A DNA stretch of 64,000 bases from an uncultured delta proteobacterium. GTDB lineage: Bacteria > Desulfobacterota > Binatia > UBA9968. The stretch is from contig CAVXEP010000030.1 in assembly GCA_963760795.1 (NCBI GenBank), positions 1-64,000 on the forward strand, written 5' to 3'. Both the position numbers and the translations under genes were made by a program. Under the pieces are notes generated by a model. The model saw nothing but the letters and a program-made list of their open reading frames with translations. It had not been told where the DNA came from and ran no database searches. Of this stretch, positions 7,948-18,096 are shown one piece after another; the first letter of the stretch is position 1; each line of letters starts with the position of its first letter.

Positions 7948-10352
7948 GTGCCGCTGAGACAGAGACTCCGCAAACTAAACCGCGTCTCAATATCCCCCCC
8001 GGCGCATTGATCATCATACCGATGCGCAACCAAGTGCTCTATCCGTCCATGGTCATGCCGCTGATGGTCGGCCGGCCGGCGCGGCTCCAGGCTATCGAAG
8101 AAGCCGTGCGCCAACAACTGCCGCTCGGGTTTGTCCTCCAACGCGATCCGAATATGGACTCGCCGCAACCCAAAGACCTGTACGAAGTAGGCACCGCGGC
8201 TGAGGTCCTGCGAATGTTCAGCCTACCGGACGGTCGGCGTCAGATCATTGTCCAAGGCCGCCGCCGTTTTGAGATCGGCGAATTTATTGAGACCGATCCA
8301 CTGCTCATTGCGCGCGTCATTATGGTCGAAGAACAGACGCCGCATACAAAAGAGTTCGAGGCAAGAATCTTACATCTCCGTCAAGAAGCTGCCCGGGCCC
8401 TAGCGTTGTTCCCGGAGCCGATGAACGAACTGAGAGCGATGATCGAAAGCATCGAGGACCCGCTATCCGTAATCGATACGATCGCTTCCACACTGGATTT
8501 ACCGGCCGCTGAGAAGCAGGAAATCCTGGCGATTCTTGACCCGGAGACGCGTGCCCAGAAGGTTTCGGAAAAGCTCGCGCGGCAGATCGAGCTGCTGGAA
8601 CTAAGCAAAAAAATGCGCGACGAAACTCGCGAGTCCATGGATAAGTCTCAGCGCCAATATTTCCTGCGCGAACAATTGAAGGCGATTCAAAAAGAGCTAG
8701 GCGAGGAGGATGGCAAGGGCGTTGAAATCGAAGAGCTAAGAGAAAAACTCTACGAGGCAAAGATGCCGCCCGATGTCGAGAAGGAAGCGCTAAAAGAACT
8801 GACTCGTTTGGAGCGCATTCCTGAGATGGCGCCGGAACACTCGTTGTTGAGAACCTACTTCGATTGGTTGGTAGAGCTGCCTTGGAGCGTGCTCACCAAG
8901 GAAGAAATCGATCTGCCGAAGGCTCGCGAGATTCTCGACGCCGACCATTACGGTCTCGAAAAAGTGAAAAAGCGCATTATCGAATTTCTCGCCGTTCGTA
9001 AACTCAACCCGGAGGGGAACAGTCCCATCCTCTGCTTAGTCGGCCCTCCGGGAGTAGGAAAGACCTCTCTTGGCCAAAGCATTGCTCGGGCGATGAATCG
9101 CAGGTTTGTCCGACAGAGTCTCGGCGGCGTCCATGACGAGGCGGATATTCGCGGCCATCGGCGCACCTATATCGGCGCGCTACCGGGAAATATCATTCAA
9201 GGGATCAAAAAAGCCGGCAGTCGAAATCCGGTTTTCATGCTCGATGAAGTCGATAAGCTCAGCGCGAGTTTTCATGGCAATCCTGCTTCGGCGTTGCTGG
9301 AGGTCCTCGATCCCTCGCAAAATTCGACCTTTCAGGACCATTACCTGGGCGTGCCTTTCGATTTAACAAAAGTATTGTTCATCGCCACGGCGAATGTGCT
9401 CGATACCATTCCAGGTCCGCTGCGCGATCGAATGGAGATTTTGGAATTGCCGGGCTACATCGAGGAAGAAAAGCTTGCCATTGCCAAGGGATATTTGATT
9501 CCCCGGCAGATTTCCGAAAACGGCCTCAAGCCGGGCGAGATTAATTTTCCCGACGATACGATTCGGGAAGTGATTCGCTCCTATACGCGCGAAGCCGGGG
9601 TTCGCCAACTCGAGCGCGCGCTAGGAGCGGTCTGCCGTGGTGTGGCAACGCGCTTCGCGGATGGTTTTAAAGAACCGATTACCGTCAGTCGGGAATCTCT
9701 CCATACCTATTTGGGTCCGCAGAAATTCTTTAACGAGATCGCGCTGCGCACCAGTTTACCCGGGGTCGCAACCGGCTTGGCCTGGACGCCTTTTGGCGGC
9801 GACATTCTGTTTGTCGAGGCGACCCGGATGGCGGGAGACGGCAAGTTAATCTTGACCGGTCAGTTGGGTGAGGTCATGAAGGAAAGCGCTCAGGCCGCTA
9901 TGAGTCTGGTCAAGTCTCGCGCCGAGACCCTGGGCATCGATCCCGAGATCTTCAAACGCAATGACCTGCACATTCATATTCCCGCGGGCGCTGTGCCCAA
10001 GGACGGCCCCAGTGCGGGAATCACTCTTTTCGTCGCGCTCGTCTCACTGCTGACCGGACGGCGCATCAGCAAAGATGTGGCGATGACCGGTGAGATCAGT
10101 TTGCGCGGCTTGGTACTGCCGGTCGGAGGGATTAAGGAAAAAATGCTGGCGGCAAAAAGCGCCGGGATTACTCGTATTTTGCTGCCTGAATTAAACCGGA
10201 GAGATTTGGAAGAGATTCCCGCCACAGGTCGTGAGGGCATCCATTTTGAGTTTTTAACGACGGCGGATGAAGCCTTGCGGCTGGCCTTCGAACCCGACGC
10301 GCCGACCGGTTATTCTCCCGGTGAAAAACTCGCGGCTCGCTCCTTCTCCTGA
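7944..10352 (+). CDS. lon: ATP-dependent endopeptidase La
   Basis: DHYGLEKVK, Walker A GPPGVGKTS, RRTYIGALPG, catalytic KDGPSAG and GGIKEK. Confidence 0.98.
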   Translation: MSAAETETPQTKPRLNIPPGALIIIPMRNQVLYPSMVMPLMVGRPARLQAIEEAVRQQLPLGFVLQRDPNMDSPQPKDLYEVGTAAEVLRMFSLPDGRRQIIVQGRRRFEIGEFIETDPLLIARVIMVEEQTPHTKEFEARILHLRQEAARALALFPEPMNELRAMIESIEDPLSVIDTIASTLDLPAAEKQEILAILDPETRAQKVSEKLARQIELLELSKKMRDETRESMDKSQRQYFLREQLKAIQKELGEEDGKGVEIEELREKLYEAKMPPDVEKEALKELTRLERIPEMAPEHSLLRTYFDWLVELPWSVLTKEEIDLPKAREILDADHYGLEKVKKRIIEFLAVRKLNPEGNSPILCLVGPPGVGKTSLGQSIARAMNRRFVRQSLGGVHDEADIRGHRRTYIGALPGNIIQGIKKAGSRNPVFMLDEVDKLSASFHGNPASALLEVLDPSQNSTFQDHYLGVPFDLTKVLFIATANVLDTIPGPLRDRMEILELPGYIEEEKLAIAKGYLIPRQISENGLKPGEINFPDDTIREVIRSYTREAGVRQLERALGAVCRGVATRFADGFKEPITVSRESLHTYLGPQKFFNEIALRTSLPGVATGLAWTPFGGDILFVEATRMAGDGKLILTGQLGEVMKESAQAAMSLVKSRAETLGIDPEIFKRNDLHIHIPAGAVPKDGPSAGITLFVALVSLLTGRRISKDVAMTGEISLRGLVLPVGGIKEKMLAAKSAGITRILLPELNRRDLEEIPATGREGIHFEFLTTADEALRLAFEPDAPTGYSPGEKLAARSFS

Positions 10353-10374
10353 CAAGCGCAACCGTCGCGACATG

Positions 10375-12105
10375 CTACGTGAAAGCGCGTTCCAGCTGGC
10401 GCAAGATCCCGTCGGGCTCGCGTAGCGAGAGTTCGACAATTCGATCCGCGCGCGCTTGCGTGTCGCTGACGGCGTAAATACGCAGCTGCGGCGCGTTGCC
10501 CGACGGCCGGATATGGGCGATATCGCCGTTGCGGAAATAGATGCGCACGCCGTCAAGGACGTTAATTCTGGCGATGTCGTCGAAACCCGAGGCTGGCGTG
10601 AAGTAACGGCTCAATGTTGCTTGGCAGTGCTGCCAGTTTTTGTTGGCCGATGGCGCAAGCGCCACCCGACTCCCATCGGAGCGACTGCAATCGACAACAC
10701 CGTCGGCGCCATCGAACTCGACTTCCACGGCAGCGCCGGCGGGAATCAGTTGCGCAAGAATCGCCAGGCTCGCCGCCACCGGGAAATTGTCGAGCAAGCC
10801 GGCCCGGCCAAAACGCGCCGGCAAGCGGTCCCACAGCGCCGCCAAACTCAAACCCTGGTCCGCCGCGGCGCTTAGATTAGCCAGGATCGGCAGCAGCGCG
10901 TCGCGCGTCGGCAACGCTGCCAATGCGCCGCCATTCAACTCGATATCGCTGCCGGTCAAAAATCCGCCGTTGGCCTCCCAGCCAACGATGCGCAGGTGCT
11001 TGCCAATGCCGCGTAAGTCATCGAGCGCGGCGACGACGTAGGGAGAACCGATCTTGGTCTTCTCCAATATGATTTTGCGTTCCTTCAGACGGCGTTCGAC
11101 TGCGTCATTGGCGCTGATCGGCACCGCCGCAGCATCGGCGCGCAAGTATTCGGCAACCACCACGCCGAGCATATCGCCGGGCAGGAAGCGCACGCATCGA
11201 GCGCCGAGAACGACTTCATTGGCCGGTAACACGGCGGTCACCAACGGCCGGTCGGAGTCGCCATCGGTAGAAACGATGGCTGCAATCGGCTGGCCGCCGT
11301 TTTCGGCGGAACGGGCAATCTCTTCTAAGCGCTCTAACTGTTCGTCGGTGATATTCTCAGTGTCGATGGGAATGAAAGTCTCGCTGCGTCCCGCCGTTAC
11401 CACTTCGGCGGACAACTCGCGCAGAATCCGCGGCAAGAGGTCGCGCCCCACGGCGGAATGCTGATAGACGAGCACCCGCAAGCCCGCTAGACCGCCGCGC
11501 TTAAAACAATCCACGTAGCGGCGCACATACGACTCTTCGGCAGCGCCATCGAGCGGCGGCAGTTCCGGCGCGCGCTTGAGCATGCCGCAAGCGTCAAACA
11601 GCGAAGCGGTTGCGCTCCAGCGGTATTCTTCGGCCCGCACCCGTTCGACTTCGCCGATGATGCCGGCTTCGTCGGACTTCAAAACCTCGCCGACGCTTTT
11701 ATTGATCTTGATGCCGTTACGGTCGAAGGGAATGTGGCTGCCGGTCACCATCACGCCGGCGCTTTGTCGCGAGATCGCTTGGGAGACTAAAGCCGGCGTG
11801 GGAATCTTGCCGGCGTTTTCCACCTGGCATCCCGAGTCGAGGATCGCTTGGACACAGGCGCGCATAATCCGCTCGGTGCTTGGCCGCAGATCGCCGGCGA
11901 TGACCACGCGGCTATTGGCGCGAATGTCACCAATGCCCAACAAGTAACGCAGTGCGCCTTTGACATTGATGTAAGCTTCGAGGTCGGTGATGTCTTTAAC
12001 CAAGCCGCGCAAGCCGCTGGTGCCAAACGCCAAGGGGACCGGCGCGTAATTGAGAAACTGAGGAGGAGCTATTTCTGTTTCCGCCATCGGTAAATTGTAA
12101 TGCAC
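10375..12105 (-). CDS. Phosphomannomutase/phosphoglucomutase family
   Basis: FGTSGLRG, active-site TGSH, metal loop DGDSDR, GWEANGG, RPSGNAP. Confidence 0.93.
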   Translation of the reverse strand: MHYNLPMAETEIAPPQFLNYAPVPLAFGTSGLRGLVKDITDLEAYINVKGALRYLLGIGDIRANSRVVIAGDLRPSTERIMRACVQAILDSGCQVENAGKIPTPALVSQAISRQSAGVMVTGSHIPFDRNGIKINKSVGEVLKSDEAGIIGEVERVRAEEYRWSATASLFDACGMLKRAPELPPLDGAAEESYVRRYVDCFKRGGLAGLRVLVYQHSAVGRDLLPRILRELSAEVVTAGRSETFIPIDTENITDEQLERLEEIARSAENGGQPIAAIVSTDGDSDRPLVTAVLPANEVVLGARCVRFLPGDMLGVVVAEYLRADAAAVPISANDAVERRLKERKIILEKTKIGSPYVVAALDDLRGIGKHLRIVGWEANGGFLTGSDIELNGGALAALPTRDALLPILANLSAAADQGLSLAALWDRLPARFGRAGLLDNFPVAASLAILAQLIPAGAAVEVEFDGADGVVDCSRSDGSRVALAPSANKNWQHCQATLSRYFTPASGFDDIARINVLDGVRIYFRNGDIAHIRPSGNAPQLRIYAVSDTQARADRIVELSLREPDGILRQLERAFT

Positions 12106-12227
12106 TATTGGTCTTCGAGCCAGTGATTGCGACGCAGGTGCGTCCTCCTGTGGGCGCCAGTCCTAGAGCGTAGACACGGGGGTCCTACCCTGCATGACCA
12201 TCACGTTCGAGATGGCGCCGGGTAGCA

Positions 12228-12574
12228 CTAGTTCTTATCGTCTGTTTCCGTCTTGGCGAAACAACGATCGAGGAAGATCGCCAGCGGACCGCGCGCCTGC
12301 TGCCGCAAGATGCCGTCGAGCTCGCCCTTATTGAGCCAGATTCCCTCGCAGTTTTCACAGCGGTCGAGCATAAACCCCAGCAACGGGTACTTCTGGAATC
12401 TTCCCGAACACTTGGGACAGGTCGCCATCGCCGCATCACGCCGCGCCGCTTGGACTTTGTGAAACTCGATCCGCAGTTCTCGATCAGTTCATGTTCCTTT
12501 GCGGCAAAATAACTATCTTCGTTGGCGCGCTCATCGAACTTTTCTTCGGGGCGTTTGGTTTCGCTCTTCATCAA
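12228..12574 (-). pseudogene. zf-TFIIB-like Zn-ribbon protein, frameshifted near 12478
   Basis: EDSYFAAKEHELIE continues as LRIEFHKVQAARRDAAMATCPKC...DRCENCEGIWLNKGELD if one A is added at GAGAACTG. Confidence 0.7.
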
Positions 12575-12635
12575 TGGCTTCTGGGTAGATCGAATCGGCG
12601 CGGTTCAGCGGGCCCGATCATTTCCCAACCGCTGG

Positions 12636-13200
12636 CTATTCCCGTTCGCTGTTTGCTCTGATGGCTTTCGCTTTCGGAGATGTCCGCGGCGCGTCTTTTT
12701 TCTTGAGGCTGTCGATGCTCCGTACTTTTAAGATCGCTTGCAGCGCTTGCCGGTCGACAACTTCCTTTTCCAGCACCAATTCCTCAAGGGCCGTGCGGTG
12801 CGCGACTCGAATATCGCGCTCTCTGCCATGCGCTTCCAACAATATTTGTTTAACCTCTTCATCGATCTGCCGGGCGGTTTCCTCGCTATACTCTTTGGCT
12901 CTGGGCATCATCAGGAATGTCTCATGGCGCGGTGCTTCGAGAGACGCGAGAGCGAGTTTTTCACTCATGCCGATTGGGTAATCATAGTTCTGGCGATCTC
13001 GGTGGCGCGCTGCAGATCGTTTTGCGCCCCGGTCGATACGTCGTCGAAAACGATCTCCTCCGCTACTCTACCGCCCAAAAGGACGTCGATGCGCGCGAGC
13101 AGCTCGGAACGGGTCATGAGATAGCGATCTTCGGTCGGCAGTTGAGTCGTGTAACCCAATGCCGCGATGCCCCGTGGAATAATCGAGATTTTGGAAACGC
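12636..13200 (-). pseudogene. ftsH: FtsH C-terminal (peptidase M41) remnant
   Basis: [17 protein letters not shown]...LLGGRVAEE...[16 protein letters not shown] / MSEKL...YSEETARQIDEEVK; frameshifted; no AAA or membrane domain. Confidence 0.9.
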
Positions 13201-13491
13201 CATCGTCGTCAGGTTAATTGGCTTGATAACCGATTCCTCCTCGATGACAGTAAAACTGCGGTTATACGGTAACTTTATTCTCAGTCCCTATAGTGCGACG
13301 AATCTGCAACGACAATGCGGTTAAAGGCAGCGCGGTTGGGCTAACCGGTCAGGTCCACACACACGAGGTCTTGAGCGGATCTCAACTTCACAACCCGTTA
13401 CCTCGCGCCGCGGCCGCTTAGGTTATCTTCGGCAGTTATTCATGGCGGAGCTGATCGCACCTCGGTCTTGAGTATTTTCCATCGAGCCTTT

Positions 13492-14004
13492 TCACCCGGC
13501 TTTGCGCGCCTGCAATGCTCTTTCGATCTGTTCCTCGACCGCGCTCCTGGTTTCACCCAACACTTCGGAAATTTCACAAACCAGTAGCTTCTTCGCTCGT
13601 TCCAAAGTCTGCCGTTCGTGGGGCGCCAGCGTCTTGGTCTCGTGCAAGTCGGTGAGCGACTCGACGATCTGCACCAGGTCCGATGCCGACCCGGAACCCA
13701 ATAGCTTGCCGTTATCGAGGGCGCGCTGCTTCCAGTTGCGCGCCGTGGACGGTGGCGGCGTTAGCTTGCCCGGCTGGCTCAACCGGCCGAGCAGTTTGCG
13801 AATCTCCGACTGTTTTAGCAACTGCCGGATGCCCAATCCAGTGATCTTGTCGACCGGAATGAACAATTCCCCACCGTTATCTTCGAGGGGGGCCAGACGG
13901 TAGAACGCCGTCGATGTGCCGCCAACCTGTTTGTTGACCACCGCGCCGATCACACAAGGTCCGTGACTCGGCAGACTGACTTTTTCGCCAATACTCAATG
14001 TCAT
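13492..14004 (-). CDS. carD: CarD-family transcriptional regulator
   Basis: IGEKVSLPSHGPCVI...LFIPVDK...GIRQL...NWKQR...LVCEISEV; GAGGAG RBS before ATG 14004. Confidence 0.88.
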   Translation of the reverse strand: MTLSIGEKVSLPSHGPCVIGAVVNKQVGGTSTAFYRLAPLEDNGGELFIPVDKITGLGIRQLLKQSEIRKLLGRLSQPGKLTPPPSTARNWKQRALDNGKLLGSGSASDLVQIVESLTDLHETKTLAPHERQTLERAKKLLVCEISEVLGETRSAVEEQIERALQARKAG

Positions 14005-14216
14005 GCAATTCTCCTCTGTTAGTTGGGCGCCGCGAGACTCAAACCCTGAACCGTTCAACTTCCTTCAGTATGAAGAAAGATCCCGCACGTGATCCGGAAC
14101 CCGCGCGTCTTTTTCGCACCGCGTCCCCGCAAGGGTCGGAAAACGACGATACCGGCGGAGAACTCAAGCTAGCCGTACCGATCGAAATCCGACTTTCTGG
14201 GCAACACCAGGTCTAA

Positions 14217-14405
14217 TCAGTTCGTTGACTCGGACTGCTCAGCGGCTTGCTCCGCTTCCCGTTCTAACTGCAAGATATCCACATCCAAACTATTTTCGCC
14301 CGGCACTTTTTCATTCTTGCGTTCCAGCCGGCGGGCTAATTTCTGCTTATGTTTTTCTTTCCGCGCGTTTTCCTTCTGGCGTTTTTGAAATGTCTCAGTA
14401 CCCAT
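14217..14405 (-). CDS. Small Lys/Arg-rich protein with acidic tail
   Basis: MGTETFQKRQKENARKEKHKQKLARRLERK; AGGAG RBS. Confidence 0.75.
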   Translation of the reverse strand: MGTETFQKRQKENARKEKHKQKLARRLERKNEKVPGENSLDVDILQLEREAEQAAEQSESTN

Positions 14406-14416
14406 AACCGCTCCTT

Positions 14417-15388
14417 TCATTCCTTGAGTGTTGCCGTTGATTCGTCGCCATTCCGCTCAAGCCACTCGAGAATGGCGTGAAGGCTCCCGGTGGCCATCGC
14501 GATGCTGGTATCCGCCGCGCCATAATAGAGGTGGATGGTGTCGCCGTCCGGCGCAATCGTGTAGCCGCAAGGAAAAACCACGTTGTCGACGTCGCCACGC
14601 TGCTCGTAAACTTCTTGCGGGTTGAAGATCCACTCACCGCCCCGTTTTATGCAGTGCTCCGGCGCTTGCAAATCAAACAGAGCCAGTCCTAACCGATAAA
14701 TGGCTCCGGCCGCGGTCAGGCGTACGCCGTGGTAAATCACCAGCCAGCCATGCGGCGTTTCGATGGGCGGCGGCGAGAGGCCGATTTTATTAGCGTCCCA
14801 CCACGCGCCGCGGCGCGCTTCCAGCATCAGCTTGTGATTGCCCCAGTGGCGCAAGTCCGGTGAAAAAGATAGCCACATATGCGCGCGCGGAGCGCTGACG
14901 GGCCGATGGATCAAAGCCCACTGCCCGTCGATACGACGGGGAAGTAACGCCGCATCTTTATCTTCCGGCGACATGATGATGCCGTAGCGCTCGAAGCTGT
15001 GAAAGTCTTCAGTGAGCGCCAGAGATACGCCCGGGCCATCGCGCGAGAACGCGGTATAGACGACGGCATACTTGCTCAATTCGGGAATGTAGGTAATCCG
15101 CGGATCTTCGATACCCCACAGTTCTTCCGGGAAGTTTTCTGGGTTGGCCAGCAAGGTTGGCCGGGATTCAATCCGCCAGTTATCCGCGCCGTTGTCGGAA
15201 CGAGCGACAGTAAAGTGGGAATGGCCCCGGCGATCCTCAACGCGGCAGAGTAACAGGGTGGTTCCATCGGGCAACAGTGTCGCGCCCGGGTTGAAAATGC
15301 TATTGACGGGATAGGGCCAATCGGCGGCGCTCAAGATCGGATTGAGTTTATGACGGCGAAAAAGTTCGGCGTGTTGATTGTTCATCAA
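14417..15388 (-). CDS. GH130-family glycosidase/glycoside phosphorylase
   Basis: FNPGA, GIEDPRI, EDKDAAL, LIHRP, YHGV, VVFPCG, YYGAAD. Confidence 0.92.
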   Translation of the reverse strand: MMNNQHAELFRRHKLNPILSAADWPYPVNSIFNPGATLLPDGTTLLLCRVEDRRGHSHFTVARSDNGADNWRIESRPTLLANPENFPEELWGIEDPRITYIPELSKYAVVYTAFSRDGPGVSLALTEDFHSFERYGIIMSPEDKDAALLPRRIDGQWALIHRPVSAPRAHMWLSFSPDLRHWGNHKLMLEARRGAWWDANKIGLSPPPIETPHGWLVIYHGVRLTAAGAIYRLGLALFDLQAPEHCIKRGGEWIFNPQEVYEQRGDVDNVVFPCGYTIAPDGDTIHLYYGAADTSIAMATGSLHAILEWLERNGDESTATLKE

Positions 15389-17670
15389 ACTCCTGTTTCT
15401 ACGGACGCCAATGTTGTTTCAGCCAAGCGCAGTTCGAGTACGGCCTGGAGAAAAGCGAGGGAAGATTCCGCGCCTTGATTTTCATTCGTACGGTCGGGAT
15501 GCAGTCCGTCCCGGCAGCCGCCGGTGGTCGGATCGTAGATCGGCAGGTCGAGATCGTTGCGCCCGAGGAACCAGTCGAAGGCACGGCGCGCTTCTTTGTA
15601 CCAACTCTTGTCTGCCGTGATCCGGTGCGCTTCGAGACAAGCCGACACCATGGCCTGAGCCTCAACCGGCTGCTGATCGAACCGGGCACGCGCACCGCCA
15701 CGTTGATAAAAACCGTTGGAGCCGATGGGCACGAAATGGCCTCCAGCCTCGTCAGCGTGCTGTAAGTCTGCCAGCCAACGTAGCGACTCCAGTCCTGCTT
15801 CGGTCATGTCGCTACTAGGGATGCCATGACCGCACATTAGCAGGGCGTGCGGCAGCGCGGCATTACAATAGGTCAGCGATTCTTCATACCAATACCAAGC
15901 GGCGGTTCGACTTTTGCGATACAGAACGAGTAACCGCCCAGCCAACTCTTCCCTCACCTGAGTGATGGTTCGGTCACCGGCAAAACGCTGAAGATACTCG
16001 TTGATGCCGATAAGCGCGAATGCCCACGCCCGCGGGCTGGTCGTGTCGAGCACCGCGGGCAACGACTTCTCGAAAACCCAGCCGGCCATGTTTTGCAGCG
16101 CCGGCGTGTTGGAGTGGCCCAAGACTGTGCCAAGCGCCCACAAGGTGCGGCCGTGACTGTCGTCAGAGCCGTTTTCTTCCAGCCAGTTGCGCTGATAGTC
16201 CATGAAGTTTCGAAAGCGGCCGGTCTTCGCATTGAATGCGTACCAGACGAAGGCGAAATAGCGCGACATGAGACCGGCAGTCTCGACATTGCCGAGTTCT
16301 TCCAAGAGGGCGCTTACTATCAGCGCGCGCGCATTGTCATCGATGGTGTACCCCTCCTGATAATTGGGCACGGTGAAAATGGCGTGTTGAAACATGCCGG
16401 TATCATCGGTCATACGGCGCAAGTGATCGAGCTTGAGCGGCGGCAGTTCAACCGGACGTTGGTCGAGGGGCTTGACGACAAAATCTGGCGGGGTGAAGTG
16501 GCGCCGTTCGGCGCGGGCGCGCTGAAAACTCTCCATGTAGCGGCGCGCTACCTGCGGCCAGATCATTTCGCGACCGTAAAGATAGGCGCGCTTGCGCATG
16601 CTATGGCGCTTGGCCTCGTTGTCGAGCAAATCGATGACTTGCTCGGCCAACGCCGCCGGATCGCGGAACGGCACGAGCGCGCCACGTTCTTCGGCGAGCA
16701 TCTCTTCGGCATGCCAATAGGGCGTTGAAATAACCGCCTTGCCGGCGCCGACGGTGTATGCCAGCGTGCCCGAGACCGCCTGCGCCGGGTTTAAATAGGG
16801 TGTGATGTAAATATCGGCCGCGCCGATGAACTCGACCAGCTCTTCCAAGCTGACAAAGCGGTTGTAGAAGATGACTTGGCCTTCGACGCCTTTTTCTTGC
16901 GCCAGCCACTGCAGCGACAAGCGATAGGTTTCGCCGTCATGGCGCAACACATGGGGATGGGTCGCGCCGACGATGAAATAGACCACGTTGGGATGCTTGG
17001 CCAGAATCGCCGGCAATGCGGAGATAACGGTCTCGATCCCTTTGTTGGCCGACAGTAAGCCAAAACTAAGCAAAACGATTTTACCTTCGACGCCGAACAG
17101 ATCTTTGTGAAAACTCGGATCGACAAACGGCAGGTCGGGAATGCCATGCGGGATGAGATCGATCTTCTCCGGCGCTACCTGATAGATCTCCTGCAAGAAC
17201 TCCGCGCTGCGCTTGCTCATCACCACCAAGCGATCCGATAGGCCGGCGACCTCAGTCAACACGCGCCGTTGCTGCGCGTCGGGGTCGCGCAGGATCGTAT
17301 GCAGCGTCGTGACGATCGGCATGCGCAGATCGCGCAGCAAAGTCAGAATATGGCTGCCGGCCCGGCCGCCGAAGATGCCATATTCGAATTGCAGACTGAT
17401 CAGGTCCACCCCGTTGATGTTCAGAAAGTCGGCGGCGCGCCGGTAAGATTCGATGTCTTTCTCGGTCAACTCAAAACGCACTCGCGGGGGATAGGCGTAG
17501 CCGCCTTCGATGTCATTGACCGGCACGGCGATGCAAGTCGTGTCGCCATGCTCGGCAGCGATCGCTTCGCACAGGTCGGTGGTAAACGTGGCGATGCCGC
17601 ATTGTCGCGGCAAGTAATTACCGACAAAGGCGATGCGATTGATCGCGGCGTTTTTAAGATCCTGTGGCAA
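15385..17670 (-). CDS. GT4 glycosyltransferase fused to a C-terminal (alpha/alpha)-barrel glycosidase-like domain
   Basis: GNYLPRQCGIATFT, FGLLSANKGIE, SGTLAY, TDDTGMFQHA, GYTIDDNARAL, FDQQPVEA, NQGAES. Confidence 0.92.
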   Translation of the reverse strand: MPQDLKNAAINRIAFVGNYLPRQCGIATFTTDLCEAIAAEHGDTTCIAVPVNDIEGGYAYPPRVRFELTEKDIESYRRAADFLNINGVDLISLQFEYGIFGGRAGSHILTLLRDLRMPIVTTLHTILRDPDAQQRRVLTEVAGLSDRLVVMSKRSAEFLQEIYQVAPEKIDLIPHGIPDLPFVDPSFHKDLFGVEGKIVLLSFGLLSANKGIETVISALPAILAKHPNVVYFIVGATHPHVLRHDGETYRLSLQWLAQEKGVEGQVIFYNRFVSLEELVEFIGAADIYITPYLNPAQAVSGTLAYTVGAGKAVISTPYWHAEEMLAEERGALVPFRDPAALAEQVIDLLDNEAKRHSMRKRAYLYGREMIWPQVARRYMESFQRARAERRHFTPPDFVVKPLDQRPVELPPLKLDHLRRMTDDTGMFQHAIFTVPNYQEGYTIDDNARALIVSALLEELGNVETAGLMSRYFAFVWYAFNAKTGRFRNFMDYQRNWLEENGSDDSHGRTLWALGTVLGHSNTPALQNMAGWVFEKSLPAVLDTTSPRAWAFALIGINEYLQRFAGDRTITQVREELAGRLLVLYRKSRTAAWYWYEESLTYCNAALPHALLMCGHGIPSSDMTEAGLESLRWLADLQHADEAGGHFVPIGSNGFYQRGGARARFDQQPVEAQAMVSACLEAHRITADKSWYKEARRAFDWFLGRNDLDLPIYDPTTGGCRDGLHPDRTNENQGAESSLAFLQAVLELRLAETTLASVETGV

Positions 17671-17728
17671 TGGGAGAGTGCTCCTAGCCGGCGGTATCGC
17701 CTAGCGGTTGTCAGTCATGGTCCGGCCC

Positions 17729-17769
17729 AAAAACGCGAAGAGGCGGTTACCGTAGGTACCGCCTCTTCG
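17729..17769 (-). terminator. Intrinsic terminator-like hairpin between the small ORFs and the GT4 gene
   Basis: CGAAGAGGCGGT / ACCGCCTCTTCG stem followed by a T-run on the minus strand. Confidence 0.6.
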
Positions 17770-17864
17770 AGACTCGGGAGAATTAAACCGAGTTTGTTCT
17801 ATGTGAACGTTAGGTCAGTAATCGTACATTTGATTGTATCAGACGAGGTTTATAAAGATAGTCC

Positions 17865-17984
17865 CTACTTTACTTTCACGACCTTTGCGGGTTGCTTGGC
17901 CAGAGCGGTTCTAGCAGCTGTTTGCTGTTGTATTTGCTTCTGCTTTTGGTGCTTGTCCTTATCCTTTTTACTTTTATCGCCCAT
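17865..17984 (-). CDS. 39-aa basic small protein MGDKSKKDKDKHQKQKQIQQQ...
   Basis: GGGAGG RBS 6 nt upstream of ATG 17984. Confidence 0.65.
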   Translation of the reverse strand: MGDKSKKDKDKHQKQKQIQQQTAARTALAKQPAKVVKVK

Positions 17985-18096
17985 CTTAAACCTCCCGTGT
18001 CCGATGTTCGTCCCGCTGGCCCGTGCAGTAGATGCCCGAGGCGGCGCCGACCGCTTTGGCGTTGCGAAACGTTGCTCGATCTCGCGAGGACGAGAT

